A stretch of DNA of 43,439 nt from Eubacterium sp. (GTDB lineage Bacteria; Bacillota; Clostridia; Lachnospirales; Lachnospiraceae): assembly GCA_051879635.1 (NCBI GenBank), contig JBJEMK010000081.1, positions 1 to 43,439 of the forward strand. Reading direction: 5' to 3'. The notes below the pieces were generated by a model. It was not told the DNA's origin. It did not search any database and saw only the letters and a list, made by a program, of their open reading frames with translations. Numbering within the stretch: position 1 is the first letter of the stretch; every line of letters starts with the position of its first letter. Below are positions 9,036-18,563 of this stretch, in pieces. The translations under genes were made by a program, and so were the position numbers.

Positions 9036-10841
9036 TTACAATACTCTTTTAAATTTCTTTTCAAGTTCATATTTGCTCATTGAAATAATTGTGGGTCTGC
9101 CATGAGGACAATTATATGGATTTTCCAACATAAGTAACTGGTCAATAAGAGCATTAGCCTCAGCAGCAGATAATATATTATTACCTTTTACAGCAGCTTT
9201 GCATGACATTGAAGCTATCTTTTCTGTAATAAGTTCTGATTTTACGTTAGGAGATTCATCTGATAATGTTCCAATCATTTCAGTTAATATATCAAAACTA
9301 TTTAAAGAATATAAATCGAACGGTACCGCTCTGACAGCATATTCTCTACCACCAAAATTGTCAATTTCAAAACCAAGCTCATTGAAGTTATCCATATATT
9401 TATTAATAAGTTCTTCTTCTGATAATGATAGTGTTAATATAATCGGAGGGTTAAGCTGCTGGGAAATAATGTCTTTATTTTTAAGTCTTTCCATTGTTTT
9501 TTCAAATAATACTTTTTCATGTGCAGCATGCTGGTCAATTATATACATATTATTCTCATATTCAATTATCCAGTAAGTATCAAAAACCTGTCCTATAAGT
9601 TTGTGGTGTGGACGAGCTGTGCTGCTTATAACATTTGTTTCCTCTAAAGTCATCTGTTGTGTTTCAACAGGGATATCCGTTTTATAAGGAATAGGTTCTT
9701 CCTTTATTAAATTTTCATAAGCAAGTCTTTTTGTTTCAAAAGGTTCTGCAGCTTTTATTTCATATGATTTCAGAGTGCTCTTTGATGAATTATCATAAGA
9801 ATCATTTTCGTCTGGCCCATTAAAATCTTCAGCACTGGTATGTGGAATATATTCACGTTTAGTAAGAGCTTCTTTTATGGTTTCTATTATCGCACTATAT
9901 ATTTGCTCTCCGTTCTTTAGTCTGAGTTCCATCTTGGATGGGTGTACATTTACATCCAGCATTTCTCCCGGAATAGAAAAATGTAATGCTGTAAACGGAT
10001 ATTTATGCTGCATCATAAAAGAACTGTAAGCTTCTTCTATGGCTTTTGTAATTATTTTATTTTTTATATATCTTCCATTAATATAATAATTTTCAAATGA
10101 ACGATTTCCTTTTGAAATTATAGGTTTTCCTATATATCCGGTGATATTTAATTCATTATAATCAGAATTAATTTCAATAAGATTATTTGCAATATCTCTG
10201 CCATATATATTATAAACTACATCTTTCAGGTCTGAATTTCCTGACGTATGAATACGGCATTTACCATTATTAATAAAATTAATTGCAACTTCAGGGTGAG
10301 AAAGACATATATGTTCAATTATATCCGAAATATAGCCAGCTTCTGTCTGGGCACTTTTTAAAAATTTTTTTCTTGCAGGAGTATTAAAAAACAAATTTCT
10401 TATAATGAATGTAGTTCCGTCAGGAACTCCTACTTCACTCATTGAACATTCTTTGCCACCTTCAATGACATATCTGTATCCTGTAATTGAGTTGTGGGGC
10501 TTTGTAATAAGTTCAATCTGAGATATGGCAGCTATACTGGATAAAGCCTCACCTCTAAATCCCAGCGAATGTACTGAAATCAAATCTTCAATAGAAGTAA
10601 TCTTACTGGTTGAATGTCTTAGAAATGCAATTTTAATATCTTCTTTCTGAAAACCGCATCCATTATCGGTAATTCTTATCGACGAAATTCCTCCTTCTTT
10701 AATTTCAATTGAAACATTTGTAGAACCTGCATCGATTGCATTTTCAAGAAGTTCCTTGACTACTGATGCCGGGCGGTCAATTACTTCACCTGCCGCTATT
10801 TTATTTATTGTGCCTTGATCTAATACTCGGATATTTCCCAT
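9036..10841 (-). CDS. mutL: DNA mismatch repair endonuclease MutL
   Basis: 601 aa. GHKL ATPase motifs (ELLENAIDAG, ITDNGCG, GFRGEAL). C-terminal endonuclease motifs DQHAAHEKVLFE and CPHGRP. Confidence 0.95.
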   Translation of the reverse strand: MGNIRVLDQGTINKIAAGEVIDRPASVVKELLENAIDAGSTNVSIEIKEGGISSIRITDNGCGFQKEDIKIAFLRHSTSKITSIEDLISVHSLGFRGEALSSIAAISQIELITKPHNSITGYRYVIEGGKECSMSEVGVPDGTTFIIRNLFFNTPARKKFLKSAQTEAGYISDIIEHICLSHPEVAINFINNGKCRIHTSGNSDLKDVVYNIYGRDIANNLIEINSDYNELNITGYIGKPIISKGNRSFENYYINGRYIKNKIITKAIEEAYSSFMMQHKYPFTALHFSIPGEMLDVNVHPSKMELRLKNGEQIYSAIIETIKEALTKREYIPHTSAEDFNGPDENDSYDNSSKSTLKSYEIKAAEPFETKRLAYENLIKEEPIPYKTDIPVETQQMTLEETNVISSTARPHHKLIGQVFDTYWIIEYENNMYIIDQHAAHEKVLFEKTMERLKNKDIISQQLNPPIILTLSLSEEELINKYMDNFNELGFEIDNFGGREYAVRAVPFDLYSLNSFDILTEMIGTLSDESPNVKSELITEKIASMSCKAAVKGNNILSAAEANALIDQLLMLENPYNCPHGRPTIISMSKYELEKKFKRVL

Positions 10842-10842
10842 A

Positions 10843-13497
10843 TTACCACCTGTTTTTTATCTTATTTTGTATCCTATATAATTCATTCAATGCATCAATT
10901 GGAGTAAGCGATGATAAATCTAACTTTGTTATTTCTTGAATAATCTCTGAGTCATCAACAGTATCAAATAATGACATCTGATGAAGATCAACGTCGTTTA
11001 TATCATTACGTCCTGTTGGACTTTGCATATTTCCCGGAATCATGCTTGCTGCAATTTCTTTTGCTTTCATCGTTATGTCAGCATTTGTAAGATCATCAAC
11101 AATTTCTTTTGCACGATTTATTACGGAATCGGGTACGCCGGCAAGCTTTGCAACCTGTATTCCATAGCTTTTATCTGCTCCACCTGGAATGATTTTTCTT
11201 AGAAAGACAATGTTATCACCTTGTTCTTTTACACTTATACAATAATTATTTACACTGCGTAGAGTTCCTTCAAGTTCTGTAAGTTCATGATAATGAGTTG
11301 CAAATAGTGTCTTAGCACCAAGAAGTTTAGGGTTGGCTATATGTTCCACTACTGCCCATGCAATGCTCATGCCATCAAAAGTACTGGTTCCACGTCCTAT
11401 TTCATCTAATATAAGAAGACTGTCAGAAGTGGCATTTCTTAATATATTAGCCACTTCGGTCATTTCTACCATAAATGTACTTTGCCCGCTTGCAAGGTCA
11501 TCACTGGCACCTACACGGGTAAATATTTTATCACATATTCCTATATTTGCTTCTCTGGCAGGAACAAAAGAACCAATTTGAGCCATAAGTGTAATAAGAG
11601 CTGTCTGACGCATATAAGTTGATTTTCCAGCCATATTTGGACCTGTAATTATAGAAACACGTTTATCATTATTATCCAGATAAGTATCATTTGTAACAAA
11701 CATGTTAGCCGGCATCATTTTCTCAACAACAGGATGTCTGCCATCTTTTATATTAATAATTCCGCGTTCATTAATTGTAGGTTTTACATAATTATTATGT
11801 TCAGCAACATATGATAAAGATGCAAATACATCAAGCTTTGCAATTGATTTTGCTGTACGTTGTATACGAACCACCTGATTAGAAATTTCTTCTCTCAGAT
11901 AACTAAAAATATTGTATTCAAGAGAAAATAGTTTGTCTTCAGCTCCAAGAATAATATTTTCAAGTTCTTTTAATTCACTTGTAGTGTATCTTTCTGCATT
12001 AGCCAGAGTCTGTTTTCTTATGTAATGCTCCGGTACAAGATTCTTATATGAATTAGTTACTTCAATATAATACCCAAAAACTTTATTAAACTTAATTTTG
12101 AGATTTTTTATTCCTGTAGCATCCCTTTCTTTGCTTTCCAGATCAGCCAGCCAGGATTTGCCTTCAGTTTTTGCTTTTCTTAAATGATCGATTTCCTCAT
12201 TAAATCCCTCTTTTATAATTCCGCCTTCTTTAATATTAATTGGCGGTTCTTCGATAATAGCATTCTCAATCTGCAAAGTTATATCTTCAAGAGTATCCAG
12301 TTCATCATATATTTCACATATAAGAGTTGATTTAAATTCATTAAGAATACACTTGATATGAGGAAGCATTTTAAGTGAATTTTTGAAAGAAATTAAATCT
12401 CTTGGATTTGCACTTCTATAGGCAATCTTACTTATTAAACGTTCGAGATCATAAATTGGATTTAAATATTCCCGTATTTCGTCACGGTTAATCAGTTGAC
12501 TGTTTAGTTCTGCAACTGCATTCTGACGATTTATAATATCCTCCTTAACTACTAGGGGCTGCTCAATATAACTCCTTAGCATACGGGCACCCATTGCAGT
12601 TTTGGTCTTATCAAGTACCCATAAGAGAGAGCCTCTCTTCTGCTTTTCTCTCAATGTCTCACATAATTCAAGATTTCTTCTTGTTGAAGTATCTAAAATC
12701 ATAAATTTACTTGTAGAGTATGGAATTAGCTTTGTAAGATGAGACAGACTGTTTTTTTGAGTCTCATATAAATATTTCATTAGTGCACCTGCAGCAATTG
12801 TTCCACAATTATAATCTGCAAGCCCTAAACCGGTAAGATCTGTAACATTAAAATGTTCTTTTAATGTTCTTTTGCACATATCATCATCAAAATACCAGCT
12901 ATCCAGAGAAAAAATAGAAATCCCAAGACGATTTTTTAAATCATCTATATCAGCTCCGCACATATAAAAAGCATCATTACAGATAATTTCACTAGGCATA
13001 AACTTGTTTATTTCATCAATCATAAAACGTAAAGTTTCTACTTCTGTAACATAGTAATCTCCTGTTGTAATATCTGCAATTGAAATTCCAAAACCATTGC
13101 TCATGCATACGATACACATAAGATAATTATTTTTTGTTGCGTCTAATGCAGTAGTGTTAAGATTGGTGCCCGGTGTTACAATTCGTACAACTTCTCTTTT
13201 TACAAGTCCTTTTGCAAGAGCAGGATCTTCTACCTGTTCTACTATCGCGACTTTATAACCTTTGGTTACTAATTTGTTAAGATACAAATCGACTGCATGG
13301 TAGGGAACACCACACATTGGAGCACGTTCTTCCAAACCGCAGCTTTTTCCGGTAAGTGTAATCTCCAGCACTTTAGATGCTGTAAGTGCATCATCAAAGA
13401 ACATTTCATAAAAATCACCCAGCCGGTAGAATACAATACAATCTTTATATTCTTCTTTAGTTTTTAGATATTGTTGCATCATTGGTGTTAAGGCCAT
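10843..13497 (-). CDS. mutS: DNA mismatch repair protein MutS
   Basis: 884 aa. N-terminal mismatch-binding GDFYEMF, Walker A GPNMAGKST, STFMVEM, DEIGRGTST. The stop lies 1 nt before the mutL ATG. Confidence 0.97.
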   Translation of the reverse strand: MALTPMMQQYLKTKEEYKDCIVFYRLGDFYEMFFDDALTASKVLEITLTGKSCGLEERAPMCGVPYHAVDLYLNKLVTKGYKVAIVEQVEDPALAKGLVKREVVRIVTPGTNLNTTALDATKNNYLMCIVCMSNGFGISIADITTGDYYVTEVETLRFMIDEINKFMPSEIICNDAFYMCGADIDDLKNRLGISIFSLDSWYFDDDMCKRTLKEHFNVTDLTGLGLADYNCGTIAAGALMKYLYETQKNSLSHLTKLIPYSTSKFMILDTSTRRNLELCETLREKQKRGSLLWVLDKTKTAMGARMLRSYIEQPLVVKEDIINRQNAVAELNSQLINRDEIREYLNPIYDLERLISKIAYRSANPRDLISFKNSLKMLPHIKCILNEFKSTLICEIYDELDTLEDITLQIENAIIEEPPINIKEGGIIKEGFNEEIDHLRKAKTEGKSWLADLESKERDATGIKNLKIKFNKVFGYYIEVTNSYKNLVPEHYIRKQTLANAERYTTSELKELENIILGAEDKLFSLEYNIFSYLREEISNQVVRIQRTAKSIAKLDVFASLSYVAEHNNYVKPTINERGIINIKDGRHPVVEKMMPANMFVTNDTYLDNNDKRVSIITGPNMAGKSTYMRQTALITLMAQIGSFVPAREANIGICDKIFTRVGASDDLASGQSTFMVEMTEVANILRNATSDSLLILDEIGRGTSTFDGMSIAWAVVEHIANPKLLGAKTLFATHYHELTELEGTLRSVNNYCISVKEQGDNIVFLRKIIPGGADKSYGIQVAKLAGVPDSVINRAKEIVDDLTNADITMKAKEIAASMIPGNMQSPTGRNDINDVDLHQMSLFDTVDDSEIIQEITKLDLSSLTPIDALNELYRIQNKIKNRW

Positions 13498-13501
13498 TTT
13501 T

Positions 13502-14923
13502 TTACTCCGTTTCTAATTCTCCCATATAATAAAATCCTTTTGCCTCATTAAGTTTTACACTAACAATACTGCCTATTAAAGTATGAGGACCTTCAAAGTG
13601 TACAATGGTATTATTGGTAAGACGCCCTGTTAAAAGTGAGGGGTTGTGTTCATTTATTTCTTCAACTAAAACGTCCATAGTCTTACCGACAAGTTTATTA
13701 ATGTTTTTCCCGGAAGAAGCGTTTACAGCCTTTAAAAGTAAATCAAAACGTTTTTTAATAACGTCCTTTGAAACCTGATTATCCATTTTTGCAGCCGGGG
13801 TACCTGTCCTTTTTGAATATATAAATGTAAAAGCACTGTCAAATCCAACCTTATTTACTACATCTAGTGTTTCCTCAAAATCCTCGTCTGTTTCTCCGGG
13901 AAATCCAACAATTATATCTGTTGAAAGAGAAATATCCGGTATTGCCTCACGAATTTTGGCGACAAGCGCTAAATACTGCTCTTTTGTATAATGTCTGTTC
14001 ATTTTATTTAATATGCTGGTGCTTCCCGATTGCATAGGCAAATGAAGCTGATTACATATTTTGGCAGAGTTCTTCATAACATCTATTAATTCGTCAGATA
14101 AATCCTTAGGGTGTGAAGTCATAAAACGTATTCTTTTAAGCCCTTCAATCTTTTCAATTCGCCTTAATAATTCGGCAAAGGAAATTGGTTGTTCAAGATT
14201 TTTTCCATAGGAATTTACATTCTGTCCAAGAAGCATTATTTCAATAACACCACTGTCAACAAGTTTTTTGATTTCATTTATAATGTCTTCTGGCTTTCTG
14301 CTTCTTTCACGTCCTCTTACATAAGGAACAATACAATAACTGCAAAAATTATTGCATCCAAACATAATATTAACGCCCGACTTAAATGAATATTTTCTTT
14401 CTATTGGAAGCTCCTCGACAATCATATCTGTATTTTCAATGACTTCAATGGTCATATGGTTGTCCTGAATATGCTCATATATTAATTCAGCCAGCTTAAA
14501 TATATTATGAGTTCCAAATATTATATCAACAAAGCTATAACTCTTTTTGATTTTTTCTACTACTGTAGGTTCCTGCATCATACATCCGCATAATGCAATC
14601 ATCATTTCAGGATTTTTATTTTTTAATGTATGAAGATATCCTAATCGCCCATATACTTTCAAATTAGCATTTTCTCTGACTGTACACGTATTATATAATA
14701 CAAAATCAGCATTATTATCATCTGTCATAATATAACCTATTTGTTTTAAAATTCCTGCTAATTTTTCTGAATCACGTGCATTCATCTGGCACCCGAACGT
14801 ATTTATGCAAGCAGTTAATTTTCTGCCTTTTTCCTTTTCCTTTGCGAGTACATATTCCCTACATTTATTAATAAAATAATATTGTCTTTCGGGTTCCGCA
14901 GTGGGAGCTTGTGTAAATGTCAT
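13502..14923 (-). CDS. miaB: tRNA-i6A37 methylthiotransferase MiaB
   Basis: 473 aa. UPF0004 N-domain (TFGCQMNARDSE), radical-SAM cluster CNNFCSYC and a C-terminal TRAM domain. Upstream of mutS, as in other Firmicutes. Confidence 0.9.
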   Translation of the reverse strand: MTFTQAPTAEPERQYYFINKCREYVLAKEKEKGRKLTACINTFGCQMNARDSEKLAGILKQIGYIMTDDNNADFVLYNTCTVRENANLKVYGRLGYLHTLKNKNPEMMIALCGCMMQEPTVVEKIKKSYSFVDIIFGTHNIFKLAELIYEHIQDNHMTIEVIENTDMIVEELPIERKYSFKSGVNIMFGCNNFCSYCIVPYVRGRERSRKPEDIINEIKKLVDSGVIEIMLLGQNVNSYGKNLEQPISFAELLRRIEKIEGLKRIRFMTSHPKDLSDELIDVMKNSAKICNQLHLPMQSGSTSILNKMNRHYTKEQYLALVAKIREAIPDISLSTDIIVGFPGETDEDFEETLDVVNKVGFDSAFTFIYSKRTGTPAAKMDNQVSKDVIKKRFDLLLKAVNASSGKNINKLVGKTMDVLVEEINEHNPSLLTGRLTNNTIVHFEGPHTLIGSIVSVKLNEAKGFYYMGELETE

Positions 14924-14935
14924 ATTTCAATCCTC

Positions 14936-15481
14936 TCAAATACCAAGTATTCTTTTTTCTGTGATTATATAGTGCATTTTTATATCATGAGATTCTGTAG
15001 CGATTGATTCAACAATTTGAAAATCATGTGCCAATGCAATCAAAGTGTTTGTGTGTTCATTAAGATAACGGTCATAAAATCCTGCACCAAAGCCAACACG
15101 ATTTAACTTTAAATCAAACGCAATTCCCGGTATAAGCATTATTCCGGGGGCAGATATAACCGGATTATCAGCAGGCGGCTCTTTAATACCCATATATCCA
15201 TCTATAAGCTCTGATAAATCATAAATACGGTAAAAATCCATTTTATTACCGGAAACTTTTGGATAGGCAATGATCTTTCCATCTGCAATAGCTTTTTTTG
15301 CAATATCATCGGTTAATATTTCATTTTGAATTGCCGAATATAAATATATATATTTAGAATTTTTGTATATATCAAAATCAAAAAGTATTTTGGCAACATC
15401 TTTGCTATTTAATGCAACAAGCTCTTTTGACATTGACTGTCTAAAGAGCTTAAGCTTATTCCGGATATTTGTTTTTTTCAT
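14936..15481 (-). CDS. 5-formyltetrahydrofolate cyclo-ligase
   Basis: 181 aa with the family-typical C-terminal GFGAGFYDRYL motif. Its ATG overlaps the upstream stop (ATGA). Confidence 0.85.
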   Translation of the reverse strand: MKKTNIRNKLKLFRQSMSKELVALNSKDVAKILFDFDIYKNSKYIYLYSAIQNEILTDDIAKKAIADGKIIAYPKVSGNKMDFYRIYDLSELIDGYMGIKEPPADNPVISAPGIMLIPGIAFDLKLNRVGFGAGFYDRYLNEHTNTLIALAHDFQIVESIATESHDIKMHYIITEKRILGI

Positions 15482-15693
15482 TTTTTCTTTTTGGCCTTTT
15501 CCTTTAAATGTGTAATTGTTCCATCAGGATTTTGTATACTTATATTGTCTAATTGTCCGCGAAGACTTGTTCTAAAGGCTTCAATAAATTCTTTTCTCAA
15601 TATATGCTGCTCTTTTTTTTCAGCATCGGTAAGACCGGTTTCTTTTGATTTTTTATATAGTTCATTAATTCGTGCAATTTTAGAATCGTCCAT
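15478..15693 (-). CDS. DUF896 / UPF0291 family small protein (YnzC-like)
   Basis: 71 aa. INELYKKSKETGLTDAEKKEQHILRKEFIEAFR matches the helical-hairpin DUF896 pattern. RBS AGGAG. Confidence 0.8.
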   Translation of the reverse strand: MDDSKIARINELYKKSKETGLTDAEKKEQHILRKEFIEAFRTSLRGQLDNISIQNPDGTITHLKEKAKKKK

Positions 15694-15702
15694 TACTGTC
15701 TC

Positions 15703-16890
15703 CTATTTAATAAAAATAAATGCTGTGTTATCATCAGTTTCAACACATCCTAAAAATTCACCTTTTTCCTGATGAAGCATTGTCATTCCCGGTATTTTAT
15801 ATAAACATATATAATTTTTGTTTATTCCTAAAAATGCATGCTTACTTTCCGTAAGAATAATCATATTATTGGTAACACATTTTATATCTGTGTCCTGTGG
15901 AAATTCTAATTCAATCTCATTGGCTTCAATATTATAAAACTGAATGTTATCATTTCTGTAAAGCTTAATAAATGGAAAGCCATTAATTATATATGTTTCT
16001 AACAAGTCTTCAACAGACTTTACATTACTATTTAAGCATGTTGTTGTCCGCTTTGTTTCATAATTATAAAATGTAATTGTTTCTTCGTATGATTCACAAT
16101 TAAGTTTAGAATATATAATATAATTATCTTCTGCCTTTACATATGGAATGGTATAATCATAACATGCCTGTTCGATAGTATTCATAATCACAGCAGGTTG
16201 TTGTAATAAAAGATCAGAAATAAATTGTTGTATATTAATAAGATTTATACTTTCAACAGATACTTCCTCTCTTTCATATAATGTATATCTTTCGTCCGCC
16301 AAAAGTGAAAAGCCGGTCTTTAATATACACATATTTTCAGCATAAGGAATCATACAGTCTATTCCGTTGTTGCAAAGGTTTTCATCAGCAATCTGCATAT
16401 ATTTACCATCTGTAGTGTTAACCAAATATAAGGTATAATTAAAATAACCAATATAATTATTCTGCTTATTGCTAACCGGTAAAGCCTGTTCAATAATCAG
16501 GTTTGTTTCATTAAGAATAAAAACTTTTACTTTCTTCTGATCAGGATATGATGAGATTTTATCCACATAAGAATATATCTTGCCCCAAGAACCATCAATA
16601 TAGTTATAACGGATTATATTAAACATATATGTACCGTCATACTGGTCATCATATTCAGAAAAATATATATATGGAGAATCATACATACAGTCTGTAATTT
16701 CAATAGCATCTACTTTTTCTAACCGTGGAAGGATTTCAATTCTTAAATTATCCTCAAGTTTATATACAAAGTAGCGGACAATATTAATTCCGGGATACTT
16801 GCTTTCTTCGTATTCTTTCTCCAATACATAATCACCACGAAGTTTAATCCCGTTATATTGTTCAGATTTCATTAAAAATCTTATATTCAT
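15703..16890 (-). CDS. Hypothetical cytoplasmic protein, 395 aa, no motif recognised
   Basis: Long uninterrupted ORF. I prefer ATG 16888-16890 (MNIRFLMKSEQ..., AAAGG about 12 nt upstream) over the track's TTG at 16911. No signal peptide or TM segment. Rich in Tyr, Asn, Ile and Cys, which suggests a beta-rich fold. Confidence 0.7.
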   Translation of the reverse strand: MNIRFLMKSEQYNGIKLRGDYVLEKEYEESKYPGINIVRYFVYKLEDNLRIEILPRLEKVDAIEITDCMYDSPYIYFSEYDDQYDGTYMFNIIRYNYIDGSWGKIYSYVDKISSYPDQKKVKVFILNETNLIIEQALPVSNKQNNYIGYFNYTLYLVNTTDGKYMQIADENLCNNGIDCMIPYAENMCILKTGFSLLADERYTLYEREEVSVESINLINIQQFISDLLLQQPAVIMNTIEQACYDYTIPYVKAEDNYIIYSKLNCESYEETITFYNYETKRTTTCLNSNVKSVEDLLETYIINGFPFIKLYRNDNIQFYNIEANEIELEFPQDTDIKCVTNNMIILTESKHAFLGINKNYICLYKIPGMTMLHQEKGEFLGCVETDDNTAFIFIK

Positions 16891-16924
16891 ATAACTAAAT
16901 ACCTTTCCCAAAAACTTGTCTTTT

Positions 16925-16953
16925 ATTTTACACTATATTGGATTAAAAGTCAA
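16925..16953 (-). promoter_or_regulatory. Sigma-A-type promoter in front of the 395-aa orphan gene
   Basis: Minus strand reads TTGACT - 17 nt - TAAAAT. The -10 element ends about 35 nt upstream of the ATG at 16890. Confidence 0.55.
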
Positions 16954-16970
16954 AAAATCATATATTATAA

Positions 16971-18563
16971 TCAGTTAGAAAATGGTTTATATTTTTTTGC
17001 AATTGCCTCTGCAGTTTTAATTCCATCTATTGCTGCAGATGTTATACCGCCTGCATAACCGGCTCCTTCTCCACAGGGATAAATGCCCTTAATATTTGCT
17101 TCATAGTTTTCATCACGCAGAATTCTTATAGGTGAAGATGTACGTGATTCAATAGCATAAATAATAGTATCTTCATTATCAAAGCCATTAATAGACTGGG
17201 AAAAATTTTTAATTCCTTCCTTGATGGCTTCAGACATGAAAGAAGGTAGTATTTTGTTTATATCGCAGAATTCAGTGTTGCCTTTTGTTTTGGATATTAC
17301 ATTTCCAAAACAAGAAGAAATATTTCCGGATATAAAATCTTTATATAATTGTGTAGGAATTGATCCCTTTCCTGCTTTATATGCAGCCTCTTCCAACTGC
17401 TGCTGAAAATACATTCCGGATAATACGTCTCCATTATAATAATCATCAATGCTTATAGTTGTTACTATGGCACTATTGGCAGTTTGACTGTCACGGCCAC
17501 TGTAGCTCATTCCATTTATGGCCAGCCTTCCATTTTCACTTGAAGCATTTACAACATATCCCCCGGGACACATGCAGAATGAAAACACTGCCCTTTGGGA
17601 ACGTGTTTTAGTTGTTAGTTTATAATCTGCCGCCGGAAGCTGTCTGTAACAGTTTCCATAACATGCTTTTGAAATATTATCCTGAGAATGAGCAACTCTG
17701 ACACCCATTGCAAAAGGTTTTGGTTCCATATAGACTCCTGAGTCTTTTAACATACAAAATGTATCCCTGGAACTGTGACCTAAAGCAAGTACTAAAATGT
17801 CGGTTTTAATAATTTTATTATTTGCTTTGATGGATGTTAATGTCTGATTCTCCTTTATAAAATCAGTAAATTTGGTATTAAATAAAAAAGTTCCTCCAAG
17901 ATTTATTATTTCATTACGCATATTTTTTATTACAGATGATAGAATATCTGTACCAATATGAGGTTTTGAATCATATAATATGTTTTCAGGTGCTCCAAAC
18001 TTTACAAATGTATCTAACACAAATTTATTTCTGCCATATTTATCATTTACCCCTGTATTTAATTTTCCATCAGAAAAAGTTCCTGCTCCACCTTCTCCAA
18101 ATTGTACATTTGATTCAGTATTCAATATATTATTTTCCCAAAAATTATTAACTGAAGCTATACGTTCATCCATTGCCTCACCACGTTCAATAATAATTGG
18201 TTTATATCCGCTTTTGGCCAGAAGATATGAGCAAAACAAACCTGCAGGACCACTCCCCACAATAATTGGATTGTGTTTTAATGGCAATTTACCTTCAGAT
18301 ATAAATTCATAACTTTTGTTATTATTTAAAATCTGTATGTTTCTCATATGTTTTATACGGCTGCAATTTATATTAGCTATTACATCAACAGAATATGTAA
18401 TTTTAATATCTGATTTATCTCTTGCATCAATTGATTTTTTATTTATATAAAAATCAGACACATCATCCACTGACAAGTGTAATTTTGACAAAGCAAGTTG
18501 TTTAATATCGTCTATATTATGCTGTATTGGTAATTTTAACTGACTGACTCTATAATGTATCAT
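16971..18563 (-). CDS. FAD-dependent protein, COG2509-type ('NAD(FAD)-utilizing dehydrogenase')
   Basis: About 530 aa from ATG 18561-18563 (MIHYRVSQLKLP...). Dinucleotide fold IIVGSGPAGLF, then FSFCMCPGGYVV and YPCGEGAGYAGGITSAA. The ATG overlaps the upstream TGA (ATGA). The track's longer start at 18602 lies inside the upstream gene. Confidence 0.8.
   Translation of the reverse strand: MIHYRVSQLKLPIQHNIDDIKQLALSKLHLSVDDVSDFYINKKSIDARDKSDIKITYSVDVIANINCSRIKHMRNIQILNNNKSYEFISEGKLPLKHNPIIVGSGPAGLFCSYLLAKSGYKPIIIERGEAMDERIASVNNFWENNILNTESNVQFGEGGAGTFSDGKLNTGVNDKYGRNKFVLDTFVKFGAPENILYDSKPHIGTDILSSVIKNMRNEIINLGGTFLFNTKFTDFIKENQTLTSIKANNKIIKTDILVLALGHSSRDTFCMLKDSGVYMEPKPFAMGVRVAHSQDNISKACYGNCYRQLPAADYKLTTKTRSQRAVFSFCMCPGGYVVNASSENGRLAINGMSYSGRDSQTANSAIVTTISIDDYYNGDVLSGMYFQQQLEEAAYKAGKGSIPTQLYKDFISGNISSCFGNVISKTKGNTEFCDINKILPSFMSEAIKEGIKNFSQSINGFDNEDTIIYAIESRTSSPIRILRDENYEANIKGIYPCGEGAGYAGGITSAAIDGIKTAEAIAKKYKPFSN

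Noticed and set aside
15694-16970. Possible LexA/SOS box (GAAC-N4-GTTC type) near the DUF896 gene, prompted by the SOS-regulated ynzC of B. subtilis and the mutSL context
   Set aside because: I found no GAAC...GTTC-type palindrome in the promoter region 16891-16970 or in the 9-nt spacer before the DUF896 gene.
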